Positions 32,020-41,272 of a stretch of 64,000 nt of DNA are shown piece after piece. Numbering within the stretch: the stretch's first letter is position 1; the number at the start of each line of letters is the position of its first letter. Made by a program: the position numbers and the translations under genes. This DNA is from an uncultured Methylomirabilota bacterium. GTDB lineage: Bacteria; Methylomirabilota; Methylomirabilia; Methylomirabilales; 2-02-FULL-66-22. The DNA is taken from NCBI GenBank assembly GCA_963845565.1, contig CAWJSJ010000001.1, positions 864,001 to 928,000 on the forward strand. The letters are read 5' to 3'. A model generated the notes under the pieces. The model did no database searches and was not told the origin of the DNA. It saw nothing but the letters and a program-made list of their open reading frames with translations.

Positions 32020-32337
32020 TCATCGGGTCGTGCTTGTCGGGCGGCCAGGCACCTTGGGAAAGAAGTCCGCACCCTCTTCCTCTTTGATTTGGCGATACAC
32101 CTCGCAGAACCGGCAGGTCAGCTCTTTCCGGGCCGCGGTCCCCTGGATTTCACCGTTACAGTAGGTCCCCGAGACGACCCAGCAGATGCGCCCGGCATTC
32201 TCGCCGGCATTCAGCCCATCCAGCGACCCCTCCACTGCGGCGGGACACACCCCCATCTCGCCGATCCGTGTACCCCCGGGCTCCTTCCCGCAGTGGGCCA
32301 ATTCCCAGCAGTTCCGCTTCGTCGCCTCGTGGTCCAC
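32020..32337 (-). CDS. Small Cys-rich two-CW domain protein
   Basis: NCWELAHCG, GVCPA, AGRICWVVSGTYC, CRFCEVY. Confidence 0.8.
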   Translation of the reverse strand: MDHEATKRNCWELAHCGKEPGGTRIGEMGVCPAAVEGSLDGLNAGENAGRICWVVSGTYCNGEIQGTAARKELTCRFCEVYRQIKEEEGADFFPKVPGRPTSTTR

Positions 32338-32388
32338 GTGTCCCTCCCCGCCCCCAACTGTCGCCCGTTCCCGCGCGCCGAATTCACG

Positions 32389-34245
32389 CTAGGCGGCGCA
32401 CCGGACCGGCCTACCCGACGCCATTCGCACCAGACCCGGTACGTCCAGGATCAACGCGACCCGACCGTCCCCCATGATGGTGGCCCCGGACACCCCATCC
32501 ACGCGCTGGTAGTTCGCCTCCAGGCTCTTGATGACGACCTGATGTTGCCCGACCAGCTCGTCCACCAGGAGCGCCACCTGGTTCCGACCGTTCTCGACGA
32601 TGACCAGAAGGCTCTGGGTCGGGTCGGTGACCCGCGGCGTCACCGCCAGCACGTCGTACAGCCGCACGATGGGCAAGACCCGGCCGCGCACGTTCACGAC
32701 CTCCCCCTCGCCGACGATGGACTGCACCTGCCCGACCTTCGGCCGGATGGATTCGGTGATGTTCACCAGGGGAATGATGTAGGTCTCGTCGCCCACCTGG
32801 ACCGAGAGCCCGTCCAGGATGGCCAGCGTCAGGGGCAGTTTGATCGTGAACTTCGTGCCGGACCCGCGCACCGATGTGATGGCGACCTGTCCGCCCAGCG
32901 CCCGGATGTTCCGCTGGACCACATCCATTCCCACCCCGCGGCCCGACACGTCGGTCACCCGCTCGGCCGTGGAGAACCCCGGTCGAAAGATGAGCGCGTA
33001 CACCTGATCGTCCGTCAGCGGCTCCCCGTCTTTCATGAGTCCGTTCTCGACCGCTTTGCGTTGGATCCGCGCCTTGTCGAGTCCCTGGCCGTCGTCTTCG
33101 ACCTCGATGAAGATGCTGCCACCCTGGTGAAAGGCGTGCAGCCGCACGACACCCTGCTCGGGCTTGCCCGCGGCGCGCCGCGTCTCGGGCAGCTCGACCC
33201 CGTGGTCCACGCTGTTCCGGACCAGGTGCGTCAAGGGGTCGCCGATCCGGTCAATCACCGTCTTGTCCAGTTCCGTCTCTTCCCCGCTGACCTCGAGGGC
33301 GATCTGCTTCCCAAGCGTCCCCGCCAGATCGCGGACCAGGCGGTGGAACCGGGTAAACACCGTCTTGATCGGTTGCATCCGCACGGCCATCACCCGCTCC
33401 TGCAGGTCGCGGGTGTGGCGCTCCATGGCCCCGACCGCCTCGGTCAACTGCGACAGCTGCCCCACGGTGAACTTGGACACGATCTGCGCCAGCATGGACT
33501 GGGTGATGACCATCTCGCCCACCAGGTTGACCAGCTTGTCCACCTTGTCGGTCTGAACGCGAATGCTCGCCGCATCGGCGCGCGGCGGCGCCGTCGCCTG
33601 CGCCTCCAGCGCACGCGCCAGCTGTTCCGGCGTGACGGCCTTCTCCTCCACCAGGATCTCGCCCACCCGTCGCTGTTTCTTGAGGGCCGCGGTCAACTGA
33701 TCCGGCGTGACGGCCTGCTGGGAGACCAGGATCTCCCCCAGCTTCGGCCGCGCCGCTTCCGCCGCCCCGTCGTCCGACCGGTCTGCGACCGGCGCCTCTG
33801 CGGGAGGCGGCGCCGAAGCAACCGGAGTCGTAATCACAGGCGCGGGCACCGTAGCCTCGCCGCCGCTCTCCGCGTACGCGCGCAACTCCTCGATGAGGTG
33901 CGCAGCGTTCGTCGACCCGTCTTCCGGACGTCCCAGGGATTTGAGCTTCAGCTTCAGCATGTCGAGCGAGCGCAGAAGGAGATTCATCCCTGCCCGGTTG
34001 ACACGCAGCCGCCCCTTGCGCATCCGATCCAGCACGTCCTCCAGGCTGTGGGTGAAATGCGCCACGTCGCTGAAACCCAGCATGGCGCTATTCCCCTTGA
34101 TGGTGTGAGCGGAGCGAAAGATCTTGTTGAGGACCTCGGAGTCGTCGGGGGTCTGTTCCAGATCCAGCAACCCCTGCTCGAAGGCCTCGACGAGTTCCGC
34201 GGCTTCCTCGGTAAATGCTTGAATGAGATCGAGATCCTCTTCCAT
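32389..34245 (-). CDS. cheA: Chemotaxis kinase CheA with tandem MshEN-like motifs in place of P2
   Basis: FRSAHTIKG, SIRVQTDKVDKLVNLVGE, HLVRNSVDHG, SGRGVGMDVV, CheW domain. Confidence 0.97.
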   Translation of the reverse strand: MEEDLDLIQAFTEEAAELVEAFEQGLLDLEQTPDDSEVLNKIFRSAHTIKGNSAMLGFSDVAHFTHSLEDVLDRMRKGRLRVNRAGMNLLLRSLDMLKLKLKSLGRPEDGSTNAAHLIEELRAYAESGGEATVPAPVITTPVASAPPPAEAPVADRSDDGAAEAARPKLGEILVSQQAVTPDQLTAALKKQRRVGEILVEEKAVTPEQLARALEAQATAPPRADAASIRVQTDKVDKLVNLVGEMVITQSMLAQIVSKFTVGQLSQLTEAVGAMERHTRDLQERVMAVRMQPIKTVFTRFHRLVRDLAGTLGKQIALEVSGEETELDKTVIDRIGDPLTHLVRNSVDHGVELPETRRAAGKPEQGVVRLHAFHQGGSIFIEVEDDGQGLDKARIQRKAVENGLMKDGEPLTDDQVYALIFRPGFSTAERVTDVSGRGVGMDVVQRNIRALGGQVAITSVRGSGTKFTIKLPLTLAILDGLSVQVGDETYIIPLVNITESIRPKVGQVQSIVGEGEVVNVRGRVLPIVRLYDVLAVTPRVTDPTQSLLVIVENGRNQVALLVDELVGQHQVVIKSLEANYQRVDGVSGATIMGDGRVALILDVPGLVRMASGRPVRCAA

Positions 34246-34252
34246 GGCGTCG

Positions 34253-34684
34253 CTACGCTCCTTGCGCCTCTGGCATCGGGTGGGCTCGCTCCTGGCCCGC
34301 CATCCGTCGAATGACCATGCCGATGACGCTGCACAGTTGGTCCGCCGCGAACGGCTTGACGATCCACCCGGTCGCGCCGGCGGCCTTCCCCGCCGCTTTG
34401 ACGTCCGGCTCATACTCTGTGGTCAGGGCCAGGACCGGCGTGCGCGAGAACCGCTCCGTCTGGCGCACCGCCCGGATGAACGCGAGCCCATCCATACGCG
34501 GCATATTGATATCCGTGAGGATGGCATGAATCTCGGCGTCACCCTGGAGCCGGCTCAACCCCTCGATCCCGTCGGATGCCTCCACGACCCGGTATCCCCC
34601 GGCCACCAGGGCGCGGACGATCATGCCGCGCATCGTCGGGGAGTCGTCCACGACCAGCACGGTGCCCGCGTTCCCCGCACTCAT
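34253..34684 (-). CDS. cheY: Chemotaxis response regulator CheY
   Basis: [31 protein letters not shown]. Confidence 0.9.
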   Translation of the reverse strand: MSAGNAGTVLVVDDSPTMRGMIVRALVAGGYRVVEASDGIEGLSRLQGDAEIHAILTDINMPRMDGLAFIRAVRQTERFSRTPVLALTTEYEPDVKAAGKAAGATGWIVKPFAADQLCSVIGMVIRRMAGQERAHPMPEAQGA

Positions 34685-34899
34685 GACGCCACTCGGCTTG
34701 CCGAGGGGAGGTCGACGGGGGGGCGACTTTCCTCGAAGAGTCCGTCCAGTTGGCTGCGCCGAAACCGCCACTGGCCGCCGATCTTGGCCGCCGGCACGTC
34801 GCCTCGTGCCGCCAGTGAGTAGAGCGTCCGGCGCTTGATCCGTAGGTAGCGAGAGGCTTCCTCGAGGTTCAGGACTTCCTCGGCATGCGATTCATCCAT
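34681..34899 (-). CDS. Excisionase-like (HTH_17/BldC-type) DNA-binding protein
   Basis: VLNLEEASRYLRIKRRTLYSLAARGDVPAAKIGGQWRF; ATGA-coupled to cheY. Confidence 0.85.
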   Translation of the reverse strand: MDESHAEEVLNLEEASRYLRIKRRTLYSLAARGDVPAAKIGGQWRFRRSQLDGLFEESRPPVDLPSASRVAS

Positions 34900-35083
34900 G
34901 TTTTCGACTCCCTTTACTTTGATGATGCGCCGCGCCAAGTCCGGATCGCCGCCCGAGATGTGTGTTGTCGCCGCCTCACCACACACCCCCGTGTGCCGGC
35001 GCGGGATTGCGCATCCCCTGCCAAACCGACAGTCGAGTGCGGGACACTGACACCGAGAACGCCCTACTGTCGTTCTAGGAGAT

Positions 35084-35110
35084 TCATCGGCAGATGCAGC
35101 GAATGGGTTA
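35084..35110 (-). promoter_or_regulatory. sigma28-type promoter of the che operon
   Basis: TAAC-N15-GCCGATGA. Confidence 0.65.
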
Positions 35111-35250
35111 AGGAAATTCCGTGAAGGCAGTGGAGGGATGTGCAACATTCGGGAGAGAAACGCCCCATGCCGACATCGTCATGTCGGCCCAGGTTCGCTC
35201 CGCACCGGGCCCGGCGGGGGTCTGACACGCGCGAGGAATAGGGGCGATGA

Positions 35251-38034
35251 CTACGAGGTAGGGGTCACCGACGGAGACGGTGCGCCGAGGCGCTGGCCGG
35301 AGAGGTCCGCATCGCGGACGCAGTCCCAGATCTCTTCAAGTTTGAAGGGCTTGGCGACGCAGCGGAGGCCGGTCCGCTCCAGGAAGCGACTGGTGTCCAT
35401 GTTGACGGTGTCCCCCGTCATGATGATCACCCGCGGCGGAGCGCTCTTCCCACGGATCACGTCGTCGTAGATTCGGTCGCCGCTGAACCCCGGCATCTTC
35501 ATGTCCATGAAGACGAGATCGAACTCCCCGGTGGTCAGCTTCTCGACGGCCGCGCGACCATCCTTGGCGACCTCGACCTGATGGCCGTCCATCCGCAAGG
35601 CGTCCGACACCAAACGCACGATGGCCTCCTCGTCGTCGGCGACCAGGATCCGCTTGCCACCGGGCGGAACCGCCGTGGGGACCGGGGGCTCGCCCGGCGT
35701 GTCCTCCACCCCGGCCTGGACCGGCAACTCCACCTCGAACCACGCCCCGCCCTGTGGACGGTTACCGGCGCGGAGGCGCCCGCCGTGTTCGTGGACGATC
35801 GCGTAACAGATGGCAAGGCCCAGCCCGGTGCCCTTCCCGACGTCTCGGGTGGTGAAGAACGGGTCGAAGATCTTCCCCAGGGCATCGGTGGGGATCCCGG
35901 GCCCGGTGTCCGCCACGCCCGCCGTCACCCACCCCTGCACGGGATCCACGGCAACGCTCACCTCGATCCGCCGCTCCGGCCTGCCGACGACCGCCTGCTC
36001 GGCGTTGGAGAGGAGATGGAGGAACACCTGTTGAATCTGATCCGGGTCCGCCATCACCGCCGGAATCTCCGCCGGGATGCGCCGCACCACGGTGATGTTG
36101 TGCAGCGTGAAATCCTGTGCGCGGGCGCCCAGCACCTCTTCGAGGAGGTGATCCACCCGCACGGACTGCCGCTCCGGCGACTGGGACCGCGCGAAGGTGA
36201 GCAGGCTGCGCACGATCTTGACGGTGCGCTCCGCCTCGCTGACCAGGATCTCCGCGCGCTGGCGGGTGACCTCGTCGACGGCGCGCAGTTTGAGCAGTTG
36301 CGCGTTGCCGAAGATGGCGGTCAGGGGGTTGTTCAGCTCGTGCGCCACGCCGGAAATCATGCGGCCCATCGCCGCCATCTTCTCGTGTTGGGCGAGTTGC
36401 TGCTGAAGCTGCCGCTGCGCCGCGACGTCCTTCGAAATCTGGACGACACCGACCAGCCGCCCGCGGGCGTCCAGGAACGGGGAATGGGTCTGCAGGAAGA
36501 TCTCGCCGGTCCCCGGAATCTCCCATTCTCCGGTCACGGCCTCCCGTGACTCGACGCAGCGGTTGAAGGCGGACCGCGTGGTTTGGCTGCCGGCCTCCTC
36601 GAACACCTCGTCGCCTCGGCGTCCGATGAGCACCCGCGGTTCGACCCCGAGGCGGCGCGCCAGCGCCCGGTTGACCCGCAGGATCCGGTAGTCGACACCG
36701 ATCACGGCGATCATGTCCGCCGCCGCGTCGAACGTGTTCTCCCACTCCCGCTTTGCCTGCGACACCTCCCCGAACAGCCGGGCGTTCTCCATCGCCACGG
36801 CCGCCTGGGTGGCAAACAAGCTCAGCATCTGCCGATCGCTCTCGCTGAACCGCCGATCGGCATCCTCGCTGGCCACGGCGATCACCCCCAGCAACCGGTC
36901 GCCGTGTACCAGGGGTTCCGCCACCATCGCCGCGATCCGCGCCCCCTCCATGAACAGTGGCTGGGCGTAGGCCGATGCCTGGTAGGCGTTGACCACCATG
37001 CCTCGGCGCCGCTCGGCAACGCTTCCGATCGCCCCCTCGCCGCGCCGCCACCGCACCGCCCGGAACAACTCCTCGTGTCCCCACCAGGCGCTGGGCACGA
37101 GGACCTGCGCGGCATCGTCCCACAGCGACACGCCGCCCGACGTGCCCCCGACTAACCCGACCGCACGCCGGGTCACGACATCCAGCACGGTCGGCAGATC
37201 GAGCTCCCGGACGATCTCCGCCGTCGCCGTCCGCATCGTTTCGAGTTGGCGCATGCGCTCGGCCAGTGCCCCCTCCGCGCGCTTGCGCTCGGTGATATCC
37301 TCCAGGCTCCCCTCGTACCAGAGCACCTGGCCGGCCGTATCCCGCACGACCCGCGCGTTGTTTCTGAACCACGCGACGGAGCCGTCCCGACGCCGGAACG
37401 CGATCTCGTAGTCCCGCACGACCCCGTCCTGCTCTGCCCGCCGTTGCCACTCCGCGAAATCCTCCAGATGCACGTACAGGTCGGCGGCACGGACGGCCTT
37501 GAGACTTCCCCGGCTCGGATACCGCAACATGTCCACCAGCGCAGGATTGACGTCCAGGAACTCCCCCGCCTGCGTGGCTCGGTACAAGCCCACGGGCACC
37601 CGATCGAAGAGGTCCTGATACCGGACCGCGACATCGTCCAGGCGGCGCTGCTGCTCGACCCGATCGAGGGCGGACCGGACCGCGGTTGACAGCCGAGCCA
37701 GATGGCGGTGCGACTTCAGGATATAGTCGTCCACACCCGCCTTAATCGCCGCGATCGCGATCTCTTCGTTGCCGCTTCCGGTGACCATGAGGACCGGCAT
37801 CTCCGGCCATCTCGCCTTGATCGCGCGCGAGATCGCCAGGCCGTCCGTCCAGGGCAACAGGTAGTCGCACAGGACCAGATCGAACGCACCGGCCTCCATC
37901 GCGCACGCCAATTCCTGCTCGCTCGACACCTGCTGAACCTGGAGGTCGGCAAACCCCTGGCCCAGCTCCTGGATGATCCGGGCGCGATCAACCGGATTGT
38001 CGTCAATCAGCACTATGCGGATGGGGCTCGACAC
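35251..38034 (-). CDS. Hybrid histidine kinase REC-PAS-GAF-PAS-HisKA-HATPase-REC
   Basis: N-terminal REC, PAS/PAC ([11 protein letters not shown]), [21 protein letters not shown]-terminal REC. Confidence 0.92.
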   Translation of the reverse strand: MSSPIRIVLIDDNPVDRARIIQELGQGFADLQVQQVSSEQELACAMEAGAFDLVLCDYLLPWTDGLAISRAIKARWPEMPVLMVTGSGNEEIAIAAIKAGVDDYILKSHRHLARLSTAVRSALDRVEQQRRLDDVAVRYQDLFDRVPVGLYRATQAGEFLDVNPALVDMLRYPSRGSLKAVRAADLYVHLEDFAEWQRRAEQDGVVRDYEIAFRRRDGSVAWFRNNARVVRDTAGQVLWYEGSLEDITERKRAEGALAERMRQLETMRTATAEIVRELDLPTVLDVVTRRAVGLVGGTSGGVSLWDDAAQVLVPSAWWGHEELFRAVRWRRGEGAIGSVAERRRGMVVNAYQASAYAQPLFMEGARIAAMVAEPLVHGDRLLGVIAVASEDADRRFSESDRQMLSLFATQAAVAMENARLFGEVSQAKREWENTFDAAADMIAVIGVDYRILRVNRALARRLGVEPRVLIGRRGDEVFEEAGSQTTRSAFNRCVESREAVTGEWEIPGTGEIFLQTHSPFLDARGRLVGVVQISKDVAAQRQLQQQLAQHEKMAAMGRMISGVAHELNNPLTAIFGNAQLLKLRAVDEVTRQRAEILVSEAERTVKIVRSLLTFARSQSPERQSVRVDHLLEEVLGARAQDFTLHNITVVRRIPAEIPAVMADPDQIQQVFLHLLSNAEQAVVGRPERRIEVSVAVDPVQGWVTAGVADTGPGIPTDALGKIFDPFFTTRDVGKGTGLGLAICYAIVHEHGGRLRAGNRPQGGAWFEVELPVQAGVEDTPGEPPVPTAVPPGGKRILVADDEEAIVRLVSDALRMDGHQVEVAKDGRAAVEKLTTGEFDLVFMDMKMPGFSGDRIYDDVIRGKSAPPRVIIMTGDTVNMDTSRFLERTGLRCVAKPFKLEEIWDCVRDADLSGQRLGAPSPSVTPTS

Positions 38035-38212
38035 GACGTCGGATCTCCCTCAAAAATACTGCTCTGGGACGCATCGCCGAACGGCGCGCAACCGCCGCGC
38101 CCGCGAAACCCGGTGACTGCTATGGACGCGACTCCGGAAGCGCACCCCGGGGGAGAATCCCCGTCTCTGGTCGCAGACGGCAGCCTGCGGCGGAACGACC
38201 GGTGTCAGTGGT

Positions 38213-38241
38213 ATTGTCCGTTCCGTTTTCGCGCTTGTCAA
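38213..38241 (-). promoter_or_regulatory. Possible sigma70 promoter
   Basis: TTGACA-N17-GACAAT upstream of the hybrid kinase. Confidence 0.4.
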
Positions 38242-38333
38242 CGGCTTCCTGCGGCAGAGCATCTTGTGGTGCGCCTGTTGACGGATCATCAACGCAAGCG
38301 GTTCCCCGACCCCTCACATCCGTCAGAATCCTT

Positions 38334-39167
38334 TCACCCCACACTTGGAGTCGAACTCCGATCCGTTTCCAGAGCAAACAGGATGCCTGTACACACCCGC
38401 CCGTCAAGGATCGCACAGACACGCACCCGAATCTCTCTCCCCTGTAACTGGAGCGTCGTGCGACAGGAGTGCGGCTCCACAGCGTTCTCGAACTCGGCCA
38501 GCAGGCTCCCCAGCACGGCCGCCTCGCGAGGCGAGACAAGGTCGGTCACGGATCGACCGATCAGGCTCGCCTCCTTTGCCCGCAGGGCCTCGCACGCCCC
38601 GGGATTGGCGGACACGATCCGACCCGTGAGATCCAGTTCGAGCACGTCGGCGCCAAGCGCCCGGAGGATATTCTGATGGCGCCGGCGCTCCTCGAGCATC
38701 TCGCGGACGACCGGCAGCGGCTGGATCTGATCATAGCCAACGATCCCCTCGGCGACCGTGGCATCGTTCCCGGCCTGGTACCGCCGGATGGCCGACAGGA
38801 GATGCTGATAACTGATCGGGAGGGGGCCTTTGGCGACGTACGCGTCCGCGCTCATCTCCGGGAAGGCGCGGTAGTCCCGCGGGCTCAGCGACGAGAACGC
38901 GATGACGAACGTGTCGCGAAGTGCCGGGTCCTGGCGGAGGAGCCAGCACACCCGCGCCCCGTCGAGTTTGGGCATGATCACGTCGAGCACCGCGCAATCC
39001 GGCTTCTCCTTCCGACACAACTCCAGCGCCTCGAGCCCATCCTGCGCCACGCGCACCACAAAACCGCTCTCACGCAGGAAATCCCCCACCGCTTCGCGGA
39101 GCAGCGCATCGTTATCCGCGAGCACGATGGACTTAATCCCCTTGCCTTTGCTGGATCGCTTGGTCAT
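38334..39167 (-). CDS. Response regulator REC-PAS
   Basis: VLADND, VLDVIMPKLDG, YVAKG; PAS (LDLTGRIVSANP). Confidence 0.8.
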   Translation of the reverse strand: MTKRSSKGKGIKSIVLADNDALLREAVGDFLRESGFVVRVAQDGLEALELCRKEKPDCAVLDVIMPKLDGARVCWLLRQDPALRDTFVIAFSSLSPRDYRAFPEMSADAYVAKGPLPISYQHLLSAIRRYQAGNDATVAEGIVGYDQIQPLPVVREMLEERRRHQNILRALGADVLELDLTGRIVSANPGACEALRAKEASLIGRSVTDLVSPREAAVLGSLLAEFENAVEPHSCRTTLQLQGREIRVRVCAILDGRVCTGILFALETDRSSTPSVG

Positions 39168-39412
39168 GGCACTCCCTTGTTCCGGTTCTTGTATCGCGCT
39201 GGTCACGCCCCGAGGCCGCCTGCCGCTCCGTCGTCTCGTTCCAGACTACCAATGCCGGGCCGAAGTGTCAAACCACCGTTCGCGCTCGAGTCGAGCGGTG
39301 GACTTGCGCGTGCATCCTTCCCACCCGCGAGGTCACGGCGGACTCACGCAAACACCTTGTGCCCACCGCGCAGGCGGTCGCGCGGGAACGCCGCCTCACA
39401 TCACCCCCGGCG

Positions 39413-40105
39413 TTACAGATGCCTGAGATACCCCGGGCCACCGAGTTGACGCATCTGCCCCTCGATCCAGCCGGCGCGCCCGCGCACGTAGGCAGACGGG
39501 CGCCGCGCGTGAAGCCGGGCCGGATTCGGCAGCACGGCGGCCAGCAGTGCGGCCTCCTGCGGCTGAAGATCCGGTGTGCGTCTTCCGAAAAACGCCTGGG
39601 CGGCAGCCGCCACTCCGTAGGTTCCCTCGCCGAACTCCGCGATGTTCAGGTAGACCTCCAGAATCCGGCGCTTCGGCCACAACGACTCCAACAACACCGT
39701 GAAATACGCCTCCAACCCCTTCCGCAGGTAACTGCGACCCTGCCAGAGAAATAGATTCCGCGCGACCTGCTGGGTGATGGTGCTCGCACCCCGGATGCGC
39801 CCCGTCTCGTCGGCCTGCTCGACCGCGTCCGCGATGGACTCGAAGTCAAACCCCCAGTGGTGCGGAAACTTCTGATCCTCAGCGGCCACCACGGCCAGGC
39901 GCATCGGCGGGGGAATCGTGGACCAATCGGTCCACCGATAACGAATCGCGGGGGAGGGGTTCCCGCCGAACAGTCCAGCCAGGCGCTTTTCCAGCATCAC
40001 CGCACTGGTCGGCGGACGGATCCACCGGATGCACAGGACGGGAACGACGGTGAGCGCGACGAACGCCACCAGTGTACGAAATGCCCAGCGAGTAAGCCAG
40101 CTCAT
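39413..40105 (-). CDS. mtgA: Monofunctional peptidoglycan transglycosylase
   Basis: AAEDQKFPHHWGFD, GASTITQQVARNLFLW, RKGLE, KRRILEVYLN. Confidence 0.95.
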   Translation of the reverse strand: MSWLTRWAFRTLVAFVALTVVPVLCIRWIRPPTSAVMLEKRLAGLFGGNPSPAIRYRWTDWSTIPPPMRLAVVAAEDQKFPHHWGFDFESIADAVEQADETGRIRGASTITQQVARNLFLWQGRSYLRKGLEAYFTVLLESLWPKRRILEVYLNIAEFGEGTYGVAAAAQAFFGRRTPDLQPQEAALLAAVLPNPARLHARRPSAYVRGRAGWIEGQMRQLGGPGYLRHL

Positions 40106-40116
40106 ACGCCGCACAG

Positions 40117-41121
40117 TCAGCCCACCGCCTCCATCGCCCGCCGCCACGCCTCTAGAACCTTCTCGTACTCCCCATCGATGACGGCATCTACCTTTTTCGA
40201 CTCAGGGTGCGCGTCCAGCCAAGCCAGCGATCGGCGAATTCCCTCGGCGAAGGGCATCGTGGCCCGGAACTCCGGCACGTAACGCTTGATCTTACTATTG
40301 TCGAATATCGCGCTGTGCGCCTTGTCGCCTAGCAGGGACTTGCCCCGCTCGGGACACACCCGGGCCACGAAATCCGAGGGGACGTGCACGATCCGCGGGC
40401 CGGCGCCGAGCGCCAGACCGATGGTCTGGTGGATGGTTTCCCAGGTCAGGAACTCGTCGGAGGTGATATGGAACGCCTGGCCTATTGCCGTCGGATTCCC
40501 GAGCAGGCCGATGAAACCCCGCGCGAAATCTGACGCGTGCGTGAGCGTCCACAGAGATTGACCGTCCCCCGGGACGACGATCTCCTTCCCGTCGAGAATG
40601 CGTCGAGCCACCGTGTAGTCCCTGGACCCGAAACAGGTAGGAATCCATCCGTCATCATAGGTATGGGAGGGGCGGACGACGGTGTAGGGAAACCTGGAAT
40701 CCTCCCACGCTCGCTCGAGGAGTCGCTCGCACGCGATCTTGTTCTGGGAGTATTCCCAGAAAGGGTTCCCGAGCGGGGTCGACTCGGTGATCACCGGGTG
40801 CGGGAGCGGTTTACGGTATGCGGAGGCGGAACTGATGAACACGTACTGCGCCGTGCGATCCCGGAAGCGCGCGATATCCGCCTCCACGTGCTCTGGGAGG
40901 TAGCCCAGCCATTGGATCACGCTGTCGAAGCGCATCCCACCCAAGGCGCGGCGGACTTCATCCGCGTTCCGGATATCCGCCCGCAGCGTCGTGACGCCGT
41001 GCGGTGCCTTCTCGGGACGGGTTCCCCGATTGAGATGGATGACCTCCAGGTTCTTTTCCAGGGCACGGCGGGTACACGCCAAGGAGATATTGCCGGTTCC
41101 GCCGATGAACAGGACGCGCAT
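40117..41121 (-). CDS. NAD-dependent epimerase/dehydratase (SDR-like)
   Basis: FIGGTGNIS, FISSASAY, YSQNKIACE. Confidence 0.88.
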   Translation of the reverse strand: MRVLFIGGTGNISLACTRRALEKNLEVIHLNRGTRPEKAPHGVTTLRADIRNADEVRRALGGMRFDSVIQWLGYLPEHVEADIARFRDRTAQYVFISSASAYRKPLPHPVITESTPLGNPFWEYSQNKIACERLLERAWEDSRFPYTVVRPSHTYDDGWIPTCFGSRDYTVARRILDGKEIVVPGDGQSLWTLTHASDFARGFIGLLGNPTAIGQAFHITSDEFLTWETIHQTIGLALGAGPRIVHVPSDFVARVCPERGKSLLGDKAHSAIFDNSKIKRYVPEFRATMPFAEGIRRSLAWLDAHPESKKVDAVIDGEYEKVLEAWRRAMEAVG

Positions 41122-41272
41122 TCAACCCTCCGTTCAGCATCGCGAGCCCTCTACCCCGGGGACCCATCGCCAGGCGAGGCGGTTTGGGATTTCCGCCAAT
41201 CTGGCGCCGTTCAAAATGGCGAATTTCCCCGTTGAAAATATCTCAGATTAATTATGAGATGTTCCGGATAAG

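Noticed and set aside
31696..34314. 872-aa plus-strand ORF
   Set aside because: Antisense shadow of cheA in high-GC DNA; no recognisable motifs
34681..34899. Excisionase as sign of a prophage or ICE
   Set aside because: No integrase, att site, tRNA or phage genes; coupled to cheY
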